64,000 nucleotides of DNA from assembly GCA_051251855.1 (NCBI GenBank), contig JBPOGI010000002.1, positions 224,001 through 288,000 on the forward strand, read 5' to 3'. Under the pieces are notes generated by a model, which saw only the letters and a program-made list of their open reading frames with translations, did not search any database and was not told the DNA's origin. This DNA comes from Roseibacillus sp. (GTDB taxonomy: Bacteria; Verrucomicrobiota; Verrucomicrobiia; Verrucomicrobiales; Akkermansiaceae). Positions within the stretch are counted from its first letter, which is position 1; each line of letters starts with the position of its first letter. Below, piece by piece: positions 47,229 to 56,533 of this stretch. Both the position numbers and the translations under genes were made by a program.

Positions 47229-49625
47229 TTAGGAGTCTGGGATGAGGTCACGGTAGATAGTGAGAGAGCCGTCAGAATTGTTTTCGACTAGGAAATCACC
47301 GAGCGCTTCGTCAGACCATTCGTTAATTTCGTCGCAAAATGCACTCGGCATGATGTGATGGCTCTTGGCAAGTCTATCGAGGTCAGAGGACGCAGGGGAT
47401 TCAATGGCAAGAAGTTCAGTGAGAAGTTGGGCTAGTGAAGGGCTGAGGTCACCCATCCATTCTGGGGAAGGTGGATGGGAGCCCTTCAAGCCTTCTTGAG
47501 ATTGTTCCTCTTCAGCGGATTCATCCTCTTCTGAAAAGAGGGTAGAAAGGGCGGCAACAACTTCTTTCGTCTCCTGTGTGAGCTCCTCAATCCGAGCAGT
47601 GTCCAAGGTGAACTCGGGTTTGGTTTCTTTCTTCTGTGGCGGAGCAGGGATGGGTTCACCTTTGCTCTTCTTCTTACCTTTCTGGACTTGAACAGTACGA
47701 AACTCGAGGTCGTCGGCGAGGGCGTCTTCCAAGGTGTTCTCCGGGAGCTCGAAAGCTTTCTGAATACGCAGTAGTAGAGCTCGCTCGTCACTTGTGATGA
47801 CTTCATCGGCAGCGGCGACTTTGATAAGATAGTGAAAAACTCCCGGCCGGTTTTCAGGAGGAATACTCTTTGAAAGCCGATTGAGGTTTTTGAGTGCCAG
47901 TTTTGTGTCGGCAAGTAAGGCGGCCTTGGTGGCATCGAGTTCCATATTTTGACTTTCTGAAAGCTCTACCGTAGCACGGGCTTGGTGGAAGAAATCAAGC
48001 TCCTCCTCTGAGACCTCACCGTCTGCGGCAGCCATCAGGATGTTGAGATAGAGGAGTTTGAGCAGACCAACTAATGATTGGTGGTCATAGCTCTCGTTCA
48101 GAGGCTTCGGGTGAAGGGCAACGATTTGCTGCCAACGGAGAGAAAGGTTAAGAAGGGAGGGGTTGGGAGAAATACCGTAGCCCATGGAATCTACGAAATC
48201 AGCCAGAAGGCCGGTTTGTTTCGCAGTGAGAGTCGTGCGCTCTGGAATCCCGAGCATCACACAAATGGCTTCGCAAGGAACAGTTATGAACAAATCCTCG
48301 CTTGGCGAAGTTGCTAAGAGGCTCTGAAAGGATGAATAGAGAGGGCACTCCTGAGGTGTTCTGAGCTCTCTTGGCAGCTGAAGCCAAGCTGCGAGTCGTT
48401 CTTCGTCGTTGGGGGAGTGAGCCTGTTTCAGCTTTTGAACTGTCCGCGAATACCCGAAAAGTTCGTCGATGCATTCGTTCCAAATTTGAGGGAGTTTGCG
48501 GAACTGACTTTTAATTCCGAATACGTTGGGAATGGTCGCTTGAAAAGCGTCGCTCGGAAGGGAGCCACTCATCATCCGGGGTGTGAGGGATGCGTTGGCT
48601 GTCTGGTAGCGAATTTTTTTCTCACGTTTCGACCCCTTGAGAGGAAGTCCATCGGGATAGCCTTGGTTGAACTTTGCTTCAAAGAGTTGGCGGAACTTTT
48701 CACCCGTTCTGGAGATTACTACAGACCGTCGGGAGTCGTCATGCTGTTGTGCAATGAGGTATGCCAACTCAGAAGTCAGAGGCTCTTCAAGAGTGGCCAA
48801 GTTCCCGGTCACAAAAGAAAGCACGTTCTCGCTTACTTTCTCTGGATGAAGTGGCAACAGACTTGGCCATAAGCTTCGATAGCTCTCAGGGGTGAGACGA
48901 GTACCGAGAAAGTGCAGGAACTCGCTAGAATAGGAGACGAAAGAACGCTTAGGTTTGGCCGGTCCATAGGTCGCAAGTAGATGCATTCCTACCTTGATGA
49001 CTTCTGCGATATCCTCTTGTTCGTAAAGGGCCCGGCGCTCCAGACCGTAGAAGTAGATAAAGACGTACCCGTGGTTGCGCTGGAGAGGTTGCGGGTCGAC
49101 AAGACCTTCTTTCAGCCAAAGCAAATAGGACGCCTTTTCGGCCGGGGTCAGGTAAGCGTATGAGGGATAGTAAGAACTACTAAATTGGTCGGCTGGAGCA
49201 GGAGAAGCGACCTTGTCGTTGGCTGTGATCGCCGATGGCTCGTAGAAGTCTACTGAATTGTTTGAGACGGCATAAAATCCGCCGTTGATTTTGTAGCCTT
49301 GAATCCTGGTTGATTGTTCAAAAGGAACCCACTGCAAGGGGATGTTGTCTTCAGTCCGTTCGGTCTGAGGAGTAGGTCGACTTGTTCGCTGTGGAAGTTG
49401 TGGAAGTTGTGGAGGGGTTTTTCTGGATTCACGCTTCTTCCGACTCCGGTCATAGATTTTGCGAGCTTTTTGTTTTCTCAGGTGGCGTTGATATCGTCCA
49501 CGAATTTCGAAGACGATCCCGCCTACAATGAGAACTACGAACGTGAGAAGAAAGAGCGAAGCATCGATAGAGCCAGCAACCACGAGAAGAAGAATTGCTA
49601 ATAGACCGATTCCTAACTTCTTCAC
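47229..49625 (-). CDS. sngA: Shango TerB-N/TerB/TerB-C membrane protein
   Basis: N-terminal TMs; YYPSY..LTP...YLLWL and GYVFIYFYGLERR (TerB-N); AADGEVSEEE and AADEVITSDE (TerB); DEINEW.DE.LGD (TerB-C). Confidence 0.88.
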   Translation of the reverse strand: MKKLGIGLLAILLLVVAGSIDASLFLLTFVVLIVGGIVFEIRGRYQRHLRKQKARKIYDRSRKKRESRKTPPQLPQLPQRTSRPTPQTERTEDNIPLQWVPFEQSTRIQGYKINGGFYAVSNNSVDFYEPSAITANDKVASPAPADQFSSSYYPSYAYLTPAEKASYLLWLKEGLVDPQPLQRNHGYVFIYFYGLERRALYEQEDIAEVIKVGMHLLATYGPAKPKRSFVSYSSEFLHFLGTRLTPESYRSLWPSLLPLHPEKVSENVLSFVTGNLATLEEPLTSELAYLIAQQHDDSRRSVVISRTGEKFRQLFEAKFNQGYPDGLPLKGSKREKKIRYQTANASLTPRMMSGSLPSDAFQATIPNVFGIKSQFRKLPQIWNECIDELFGYSRTVQKLKQAHSPNDEERLAAWLQLPRELRTPQECPLYSSFQSLLATSPSEDLFITVPCEAICVMLGIPERTTLTAKQTGLLADFVDSMGYGISPNPSLLNLSLRWQQIVALHPKPLNESYDHQSLVGLLKLLYLNILMAAADGEVSEEELDFFHQARATVELSESQNMELDATKAALLADTKLALKNLNRLSKSIPPENRPGVFHYLIKVAAADEVITSDERALLLRIQKAFELPENTLEDALADDLEFRTVQVQKGKKKSKGEPIPAPPQKKETKPEFTLDTARIEELTQETKEVVAALSTLFSEEDESAEEEQSQEGLKGSHPPSPEWMGDLSPSLAQLLTELLAIESPASSDLDRLAKSHHIMPSAFCDEINEWSDEALGDFLVENNSDGSLTIYRDLIPDS

Positions 49626-49753
49626 TGACGAGGAAGATAGAAATCATCCCTAGTCAAGGAAGCCTAAAATCTCAAAGCCTGAAATTCGATTTTGTAGAGA
49701 TGAAATCGGAATCTGTTGCCGTTCCCCAAATATGTCGGCTACTTTCAAGAGCT

Positions 49754-49927
49754 AGTCAGTTGATTGTCTGTCGCAGTCAGTGTTGTCAAGTTTGTCAGGC
49801 TGCTCATTCTGCTGCCGAGAGTCTTGAGCTCGAAATGCTGTGACAAAGAGATGGATATAGTTGGTGTTTCTATCCTAAGTCGCTGATTAGAAATGCGTTG
49901 ATAGTTGTGACGATTTCTGTCGTCACA
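49754..49927. other. Iteron/IHF-site-rich region, candidate replication origin of the element
   Basis: AGTCAGT(TGA/G)TTGTC twice, TTGTCA at 49783 and 49792, inverted TGACAAA at 49841, palindrome TGTGACGA-N6-TCGTCACA at 49906-49927, and IHF-like AATCAGCGACTTA on the minus strand. Confidence 0.4.
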
Positions 49928-51260
49928 CCCGACCATATAGTCGAGCTGAGAATTCCGAGAATGGAGCGGCAGTCGCAGTCTTGTCCTGAATACGAACTGC
50001 GCCAACGTCTACCAGACTAGCGAGAATCTCGTCTCGGGCTGCGGAGCTAGGGAGACGAGCTGTGCGTTGGAGCTCTCGGAGGGAAAGGGGACCTTGCTCA
50101 CGAAGCATTTGCACAGTCTTAGAGATGAGTTCCGGTGGGTGGCTTGCGGGCAGGCCTAAGCCATGCCAAGTGAGAGACTCAACGCCGAGGGTTATGCCGC
50201 GTAGAGTCTCGCCGTAAAGTTTGTAGATCGTCTCGTCAATTTTTGGAAACGACTCTTTGGGGCTTTGTGAGGCTGCCAGCCCGACGAGGCTGTAGCACAT
50301 CGAGTAGAGTTCACGAACGAGAGTGAGGATGGCGAATTCGTAGTCAGCTGGAAGAAGATGGAGGCGCTGGCGAAGTCTTTCGTAGAGGCGATCGCTTTCG
50401 CTCTTTATCGAATACCGGGAAATGGGTCCTATCTGTGAAACTTGTGTCTGGGGCCACATCGTCGCTAGATTCTCGAGATGCGGCCAGTTGGAATCTATGA
50501 GAGTTCCTTTGCTGATGTCAGGAAGGGGTATGATTGGGAGTCCCAGTGTTAGCAAGTGAGAGGTTGTTACAAAGTCCCATTGCTCGACTGAAAGCGATCC
50601 GGCCAAGGCTATCCTTTTAGGAACCATTGCTAACGGCCTGCCGAATCCTTCTGGTGGGAGAAGAGTTTTTTTGTCCCGAAGATTTTGCTTGAGAAGGGTG
50701 ATGTCCTCATCGGTTTCGAGACGCAAAGTGACGATGCTGTCTTGGTCGCTGATAAGTCCGAAGTGTTCGTCCCAAGAACTGGCATAAGGACGGCTGCGAC
50801 CATAGCCATAACCAGTCCTCTGGGCTGCGTAGAAATCACCACGGTAATGCGTAGCGGTCTTCGAGCCGGGAATACCTTTGGTTAGCTTTAAGGAGTGATT
50901 GTAGTCTTTGACAGCAGTAGCCATTCGTACGGGGGCGTCTTCGATAGCGCCGAAAGCAAAGGGGCCCTCTTTCTGCACATGTGGCGTATTGTCGCTTTGT
51001 AGGGTGAGAAGTCTTTTTGCTGCTTCGACGGCGTGGCTTTGGAGGGTCGTTGAGTCGTTGATGAGAACGAGGGAAGGGAATGTCCCGGCGGTCCTCTCCC
51101 CAGCTAGCTGCCAGAAGCTGAGGACTGCTGCGGTTACCACGAGTGTTCGGGTATCGGGGTCCTCAGAGCACGAAGTAGCAAACTCTAGAAGAGCATCTAG
51201 ACTCGGCTCGGAGAGTTTCTTGAGCTTGTCTGGAATCGTAAAGTTCCCGATTTGGTTCAT
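49923..51260 (-). CDS. Hypothetical protein, degenerate DUF3987-like fold with C-terminal winged helix
   Basis: 445 aa; C-terminal GPLSLRELQR...EILASLVDVGAVR wHTH; no intact Walker A. Confidence 0.55.
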   Translation of the reverse strand: MNQIGNFTIPDKLKKLSEPSLDALLEFATSCSEDPDTRTLVVTAAVLSFWQLAGERTAGTFPSLVLINDSTTLQSHAVEAAKRLLTLQSDNTPHVQKEGPFAFGAIEDAPVRMATAVKDYNHSLKLTKGIPGSKTATHYRGDFYAAQRTGYGYGRSRPYASSWDEHFGLISDQDSIVTLRLETDEDITLLKQNLRDKKTLLPPEGFGRPLAMVPKRIALAGSLSVEQWDFVTTSHLLTLGLPIIPLPDISKGTLIDSNWPHLENLATMWPQTQVSQIGPISRYSIKSESDRLYERLRQRLHLLPADYEFAILTLVRELYSMCYSLVGLAASQSPKESFPKIDETIYKLYGETLRGITLGVESLTWHGLGLPASHPPELISKTVQMLREQGPLSLRELQRTARLPSSAARDEILASLVDVGAVRIQDKTATAAPFSEFSARLYGRV

Positions 51261-51263
51261 AGC

Positions 51264-52652
51264 CTATGAAACTAGTTCGATGGCTGGGACTTTCTCGCGC
51301 TGCTCGCTGGTGAGAAGCCATCGATTGTTCTCTCGCTGGATGGAACCATCCAGCTCAAGATCATTGAGTAGTTTCTCGCATTTAGCAGCCGGGATGCCGA
51401 GCGAGCGATAGAGCTCACGGTTCTCCAAAGCCTTGGACTGTAGCCTAAACACAAGACGAGCTTTAAGTTGACGGTCTTTCTCAATCTCTTCGGCCCACAA
51501 TAGAGACTTCCGGGCCGCAACAGAGCGAAGGATGAGATACTGAGCGAACTCGTAGATGCCAGTCGCATTGAGGCTCTGTTGATGCTCTTCGAAATAGGCG
51601 TTGGAGACGCCTTGCAGCCCAAAGAAGAGAGTAGCGAGAAGACTTTTTGAGAAGCCTGTAATTCCAGGGTAGTCGTCTTCTTGGGTTAGGAGAAAGCGAA
51701 CCCATTTCGTTTGCAGCCGTGAGAGTTCGCGGGAGATGAATTGAGGGCCAACTTGATGGTGGTCAACCCGGCGGGCGAAAGCGGTGAGGAGGCTTTGCCT
51801 AAGGTGTCTCAGCTCAACTGGTTTTGAAGCGGTCTTCGAGTGAGCCGGAGGCTGGGCTAAGTTCATTCCAGGCCCACCATCAAGGAGCCAAATAAATCTG
51901 GGGAAGCTGTCGGGGTTATCCCTGACAACTTGGTAGAACGAGTTGCAAGAATCCTCAACGAGGACAGAGCCTCGATGAATGGAGGGAGGCGAGGCTCCCA
52001 CATTGTAACCATCAATGATTTTACCGAGGATAGATTGAGAGCTTCGGAACTGTTCGGGAGACTGCATCCCATAGTGCAGAAAGGGCTTCCCGTCGTGTGC
52101 AGGGGCGAGGCATTGGACTGCCTTGTTCGGTTCGCTTGTTCGGAGATACACTTGCGTGTTTTGGTAAAGTTCTCCCCGGGTGGGTTGAGGAGGGTTACTT
52201 AAAACGTATTCCCACTCTTGCCCTGTCGTCTGAATAGAGAGGTGGTCTTCCTGTTGGAGACCAAAGAACGTGCCTTCCGACGAGGTGCCCTTATATTCGG
52301 CAAGCTCCGACCATTCGTGGCGGGCAATGCGTTTTTTTTGGTCTTCTTCAGCTGCTCGTAAAAAGCCTTTGGTATGTGAGTTGTAGCTATTCTGGTATTG
52401 TGCAAGCTGAGTGCCAATGTGTTCTGCGGATAGGCCGGAGCTAAGACCACCGCTGATCACGAGATTGGCTCCAATTTCGAAACTCCTTTCGTTTTTGCTC
52501 ATGATGCCGCTGCCTGGGCGGGAGAGGTTTGCTATCGAGCAGAGATGAACAATCAAGGTGTTGGCTCCTGCTACTAAGTCGCCATCACCAAGGTCGGTGG
52601 TGTTGAATTGGGAAAGGAAGGACTGAAGGCGGTCGATTGATTTGGAGTCCAT
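51264..52652 (-). CDS. Hypothetical protein, degenerate DUF3987-like fold with C-terminal winged helix
   Basis: 462 aa; GANLVISGGLSSGLS resembles a decayed P-loop followed by a coil; C-terminal RELYRSL...LLNDLELDGSI wHTH. Confidence 0.55.
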   Translation of the reverse strand: MDSKSIDRLQSFLSQFNTTDLGDGDLVAGANTLIVHLCSIANLSRPGSGIMSKNERSFEIGANLVISGGLSSGLSAEHIGTQLAQYQNSYNSHTKGFLRAAEEDQKKRIARHEWSELAEYKGTSSEGTFFGLQQEDHLSIQTTGQEWEYVLSNPPQPTRGELYQNTQVYLRTSEPNKAVQCLAPAHDGKPFLHYGMQSPEQFRSSQSILGKIIDGYNVGASPPSIHRGSVLVEDSCNSFYQVVRDNPDSFPRFIWLLDGGPGMNLAQPPAHSKTASKPVELRHLRQSLLTAFARRVDHHQVGPQFISRELSRLQTKWVRFLLTQEDDYPGITGFSKSLLATLFFGLQGVSNAYFEEHQQSLNATGIYEFAQYLILRSVAARKSLLWAEEIEKDRQLKARLVFRLQSKALENRELYRSLGIPAAKCEKLLNDLELDGSIQRENNRWLLTSEQREKVPAIELVS

Positions 52653-52800
52653 GGAATTGAGGGATGGAGTTTCATCACGCAGCTAAGTAGGCAGCGGATC
52701 TCTGATCCCTAAAGATCTCATGAAAGAGGATTTTCGTACAGTGTAAAATAGTCCTAGCTCGTCATGAGGACTCTACTCAAAAACTCTCTTAAAGATGTTT

Positions 52801-53268
52801 CTAAGCTGAATCGTTTTCGAGCATGAATTGGGCATCTAAAACTCCGGCGAAGTAAGCGAGTTTGGTATGGGGGTGCTCGATGCTCTGTAAGTCGTCCCGA
52901 TGTTCTTCCGCAATTCGACCTGAGAGCTGAGCATCTACTAGCTCAATGGACTCGTATTTGAGAAGCCAGGGTGGTGCCGGGAATAAGAGAGGGTCGATCA
53001 ATGTGAAGGCAAGACGTGTGATGTTCTCTAATGATGCTCTTCCCGGTTGGTTGGGTAGTGACTTCACTGTGGGGAGTTTCATTCTGCGAAGTGATTCGTT
53101 GAGGAAGAATCTTCCCTGCATCGATGGCCATCGTTTGATTTTTCCTTTTGCGACGAGATCGTGAAAAGTGCTGGTTGGAAGAGGGCTGTCAAAGAACTGG
53201 TTGAAGGTCTCCCGAGTTACGATGAACTCGGGTTCGTCTGATGTGGATGGGCTTGGTGATTTAGACAT
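52801..53268 (-). CDS. Xis/AlpA-like HTH DNA-binding protein
   Basis: LPTSTFHDLVAKGKI resembles the MerR/AlpA-type recognition helix; first gene inside the att site. Confidence 0.5.
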   Translation of the reverse strand: MSKSPSPSTSDEPEFIVTRETFNQFFDSPLPTSTFHDLVAKGKIKRWPSMQGRFFLNESLRRMKLPTVKSLPNQPGRASLENITRLAFTLIDPLLFPAPPWLLKYESIELVDAQLSGRIAEEHRDDLQSIEHPHTKLAYFAGVLDAQFMLENDSA

Positions 53269-53353
53269 GGTAAATGATGTTCCAGATCAGCGAGTGTGCA
53301 TCGATATTTTTTCAATCGGCCCTTCGTGAGCTGAGCAGGTGGTAGTGTGATGA

Positions 53354-53500
53354 AATCAATTAGTTAAGAGTTCTTAAATAATTGCCAAATCAGTTGCCAA
53401 TTTTGCACCGTTTTTCCGGATTTTGACGGAATCTGCCGGATCGGAGCGGAATTGGTGTCCAATCGCCGAAGGGCTGTTATTCCCTGTGTTTATAGGGGAA
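53354..53500. promoter_or_regulatory. att-arm region: IHF consensus, arm-type direct repeats and phased repeats
   Basis: AATCAATTAGTTA (53354-53366) matches WATCAANNNNTTR. TTGCCAA at 53382 and 53394. CGGA at 53417, 53427, 53437 and 53447. Imperfect inverted repeat at about 53480-53500. Confidence 0.65.
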
Positions 53501-53515
53501 GTAAGGGTTTTTAGG

Positions 53516-53590
53516 TGGAGCCGCTGGTCGGAATTGAACCGACGACCTATTCATTACGAGTGAATTGCTCTACCCCTGAGCTACAGCGGC
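53516..53590 (-). tRNA. tRNA-Thr(CGT)
   Basis: GCCGCTG TA GCTC AGGGGTA GAGC A ATTCA CT CGT AA TGAAT AGGTC GTCGG TTCAATT CCGAC CAGCGGC T CCA forms a full cloverleaf with encoded CCA. Confidence 0.98.
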
Positions 53591-53778
53591 GACTGCTGGA
53601 GAACCTAGAAGGAGTCTATGAGAGGGGAAAGGGGATTTTTTCAGTTTTGAGTCCAGCTACGGGGAAATTTTTTCTCATAAAATTGAGGATAGGCAGTCTG
53701 TTGCAGAGCGGTCATTCTTTGACTGTGAAATTTCAGCTCTGAAAAAGGGCTGCGAACATAAGTAGGGTGAAAAGGAAT

Positions 53779-55245
53779 ATGAAGACAGTCTTGGCGATGT
53801 TGTTGATAGGAGGTTTGGCTAGTTTCGCTTTTGGCGGGACGCAGCCGAATGTGATTGTGGTTTTGACGGACGATCAGGGTTATGGCGACTTGGGGAGGCA
53901 TGGACACCCATTCTTAAAGACCCCTCATTTGGACAAATTTCATGATGAGAGTGTTCGCTTCAATAACTTTTATGTGAGCCCTTCCTGTTCACCTACGCGG
54001 GCGGCTTTGCTGACGGGGCGGCACGAATTCCGGAGTGGAGTGACGCATACCATTCAGGGGCGGGAACGTCTTTCGACGGAGGCGGTGACGCTCCCGCAGC
54101 TTTTGAAAACGGCGGGCTATCGCACCGGATTTGTGGGGAAGTGGCATTTGGGGAACGATCCGGAGCATCGACCTGCTGCTCGAGGATTTGAGTGGACTTC
54201 GACCAATGCGGGAGGGCCGCGGGTGCACTTTGATCCGGTGATGATTCGCAATGGGAAAAAGTCGAAGCGAGAGGGATTTCGAGAGGATGTCTTTTTTGAT
54301 GAGGCGATGACCTTTATGGAGGAGAGTGGCGAGAATCCTTTCTTTTGCTACTTGGCAACTTATTCGCCGCACACGCCCTTGGATGCCCCCGAAGAAGATA
54401 TTGCGCGCTATCGTGAGCACGTGAGCGAGAAGGATGCCTCCTATCTCGCGATGATTGACAACATCGACCAGAACATGGGCCGTTTGATGGCTTTCTTGAA
54501 GAAGAGTGGCTTGGAGGAGAACACCATTGTGGTCTTCATGAACGACAATGGGGTCACGGAGGGATTGGATGTTTTCAATGCGGGGATGAGGGGATGCAAG
54601 TGCACGATTTGGGAGGGAGGCTCGCGTGCGATGTCGTTCTGGCGTTGGCCCAACGAGTGGAAGCCTCACACCGTGGACAACTTGACCGCGCATCTGGATG
54701 TTCTTCCTACGATTTGTGAGTTGGCTGGGGTTGAGGTTCCGAAGGAGCTTGAGGAAAAGCTGGAGGGGTTCGATCTGCTCCCGTTGTTAGAAACGACGGA
54801 ACCGGTGAGCTGGTATGATGATCGCCTGCTCTTTCATCATGTGGCGCGCTGGCCGAGTGGTCTCGCAGAGTCGCACAAATACGCGATGTGCGGAGTGAGA
54901 CAGGGGCATCAGCTTCTTCTTCGTAGTCATCCCTGTGAGGACCCTGCTTGTGAGCCTCATTCGAGCCAATGCAAGACTCTGCGGTTAGTTGGCAAGGGGC
55001 GCACGGGGATGACTTATACCAAGAAGAATGCGCAATATCATTGGGGAGTGAGTGAGCCGGGACGTTGGTCGCTCTTTGATGTCAAGAAGGACCTCGGTTG
55101 TGAGCATGACCTCGCTCTGGAGAGTTCAGAGAAAGTGAGCGAGTTGGCGCAAGCATATGAGCAATGGTGGGAAGATGTCTTTCCGGAAATGATTGCGGCT
55201 GGGGGAGATGGAGTAGCAGTTGAGAAATCGAAGGAGAAGAAATGA
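53779..55245 (+). CDS. Arylsulfatase (Cys-type S1 sulfatase)
   Basis: Signal peptide, PNVIVVLTDDQGYGD, CSPTRAALLTGR, GKWHLG, NDNG. Confidence 0.95.
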   Translation: MKTVLAMLLIGGLASFAFGGTQPNVIVVLTDDQGYGDLGRHGHPFLKTPHLDKFHDESVRFNNFYVSPSCSPTRAALLTGRHEFRSGVTHTIQGRERLSTEAVTLPQLLKTAGYRTGFVGKWHLGNDPEHRPAARGFEWTSTNAGGPRVHFDPVMIRNGKKSKREGFREDVFFDEAMTFMEESGENPFFCYLATYSPHTPLDAPEEDIARYREHVSEKDASYLAMIDNIDQNMGRLMAFLKKSGLEENTIVVFMNDNGVTEGLDVFNAGMRGCKCTIWEGGSRAMSFWRWPNEWKPHTVDNLTAHLDVLPTICELAGVEVPKELEEKLEGFDLLPLLETTEPVSWYDDRLLFHHVARWPSGLAESHKYAMCGVRQGHQLLLRSHPCEDPACEPHSSQCKTLRLVGKGRTGMTYTKKNAQYHWGVSEPGRWSLFDVKKDLGCEHDLALESSEKVSELAQAYEQWWEDVFPEMIAAGGDGVAVEKSKEKK

Positions 55246-56471
55246 GTCAAATGTTGAAGATGAATTGGATGTTGAGAACTGTTCTTGTTGTGGTTCCGAC
55301 CATTTTGCGGGGAGAGGGTTTCGAAAAGGAGCTGGCCCAAGTTAAGGGGTTAGGTGAATTGGTGGATCGTCCGGCGATGCGCGATGCGGAGGGTTTTGAG
55401 GCGAAGGGTGGAGTGAAGGCGATCTACTACGATGCTTTGGATTGGAAAGGGAAGCCGACGAAGGTCTTTGCTTGGTTGGGGGTGCCCGAGAGGAGTGTCG
55501 GTAAAGTTCCTGGCGTGGTCTTGGTGCATGGTGGGGGCGGAACGGCCTTTCAGTCTTGGGTTGAGAAATGGAATGAACGGGGGTTTGCTGCCATCAGTAT
55601 CGCGGTGGAGGGCCAAACGGATCGCAAAGAGGGCAAGGGGCCTTGGGAGAAGCATGAGTGGGCGGGGCCGTCACGAGTAGGGATCTATGGTGATTCCAAT
55701 CAGCCCCTCAAAGACCAATGGATGTATCACGCGGTGGCGGATACTGTTTTAGCCCATTCCTTGCTCCGTTCTTTTCCTGGAGTGGACGAGACGAAGGTCG
55801 GGCTGATGGGGACTTCGTGGGGTGGAGTGATTACCAGCACTGTAATGGGGATTGATGAGCGCTTTGCGTTTGCGATTCCGGTCTATGGTTGTGGTGCTCT
55901 CGCGGAGGCTGGTAATCAATACGGACGAGCATTGGGAAACAATGCCCTGTATCAGAAAGTTTGGGACCCAATGGTGCGGATGAAAGAAGTCACCATGCCG
56001 ACCCTTTGGTTTTCGTGGCCGGGTGATACGCACTTTCCGTTGGATAAGCAGGCGAAATGCTATCAGGCGATGAGTGGCCCTTATCTGGTGTCGTTGATTC
56101 CGGGATTGAGGCATGGTCATGGTCCTCCTTGGAATAAGCCCGATAGCTATGCCTTTGCGCAGCGTGTGGTGGGGCAGGGTATGGCAGGGCCTCGGGGAAT
56201 TTGGTGTCGTGAACGTGCGGCGAAGAGGGAGGGCTCAAGGGTGACTGTGACGTTTGAAACTTCTCGGGAGGCTGAGACGGGGGTTTTGGTGAGCACGATC
56301 GATGAGGGAGTCACCGGAGACCGGACTTGGGTCGAGACTCCGGCCGAGTTAGAGAAGATGGCTGACGGTTGGCGGGTTTCGGGAGAATTGTCCGAAGGAA
56401 CAACGGCGTGGTTTGTTAATCTGTCGAGTGGAGGTCTGACGGCGAGTTCTGATTTTCAATTGGTTGATTGA
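55242..56471 (+). CDS. Alpha/beta hydrolase (acetyl-xylan-esterase/peptidase-like)
   Basis: PGVVLVHGGGG, nucleophile GTSWGG, DTHF, HGH; overlaps the sulfatase stop. Confidence 0.85.
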   Translation: MSQMLKMNWMLRTVLVVVPTILRGEGFEKELAQVKGLGELVDRPAMRDAEGFEAKGGVKAIYYDALDWKGKPTKVFAWLGVPERSVGKVPGVVLVHGGGGTAFQSWVEKWNERGFAAISIAVEGQTDRKEGKGPWEKHEWAGPSRVGIYGDSNQPLKDQWMYHAVADTVLAHSLLRSFPGVDETKVGLMGTSWGGVITSTVMGIDERFAFAIPVYGCGALAEAGNQYGRALGNNALYQKVWDPMVRMKEVTMPTLWFSWPGDTHFPLDKQAKCYQAMSGPYLVSLIPGLRHGHGPPWNKPDSYAFAQRVVGQGMAGPRGIWCRERAAKREGSRVTVTFETSREAETGVLVSTIDEGVTGDRTWVETPAELEKMADGWRVSGELSEGTTAWFVNLSSGGLTASSDFQLVD

Positions 56472-56533
56472 AGCGCTTTGAGGAGAGGAGGGGCTGGGAA
56501 ATCTTTTTCTAAAGATGGTCAGTAGGACTGGAA

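Larger units (their letters stand above)
1..53515. mobile_element. Integrative element / genomic island (ICE- or prophage-like) inserted at tRNA-Thr 3' end; extends beyond the left edge of the window
   Basis: Abuts the CCA end of tRNA-Thr and has att-arm-like repeats and an Xis-like gene next to the tRNA. Cargo is defence, metal resistance and mobile-element DNA metabolism genes. Housekeeping genes lie only on the other side of the tRNA. No integrase seen in the window. Confidence 0.85.

Noticed and set aside
49390..49413. 9-bp tandem repeat in sngA
   Set aside because: Encodes a low-complexity PQLPQLPQ linker; trivial.
45876..49625. BREX system or tellurite-resistance operon
   Set aside because: No pglX/pglZ/brxC or terZACDE genes; the three-gene order fits Shango.
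53515..53907. Short ORFs over or beside the tRNA
   Set aside because: One is the tRNA read antisense and the other overlaps the sulfatase start.
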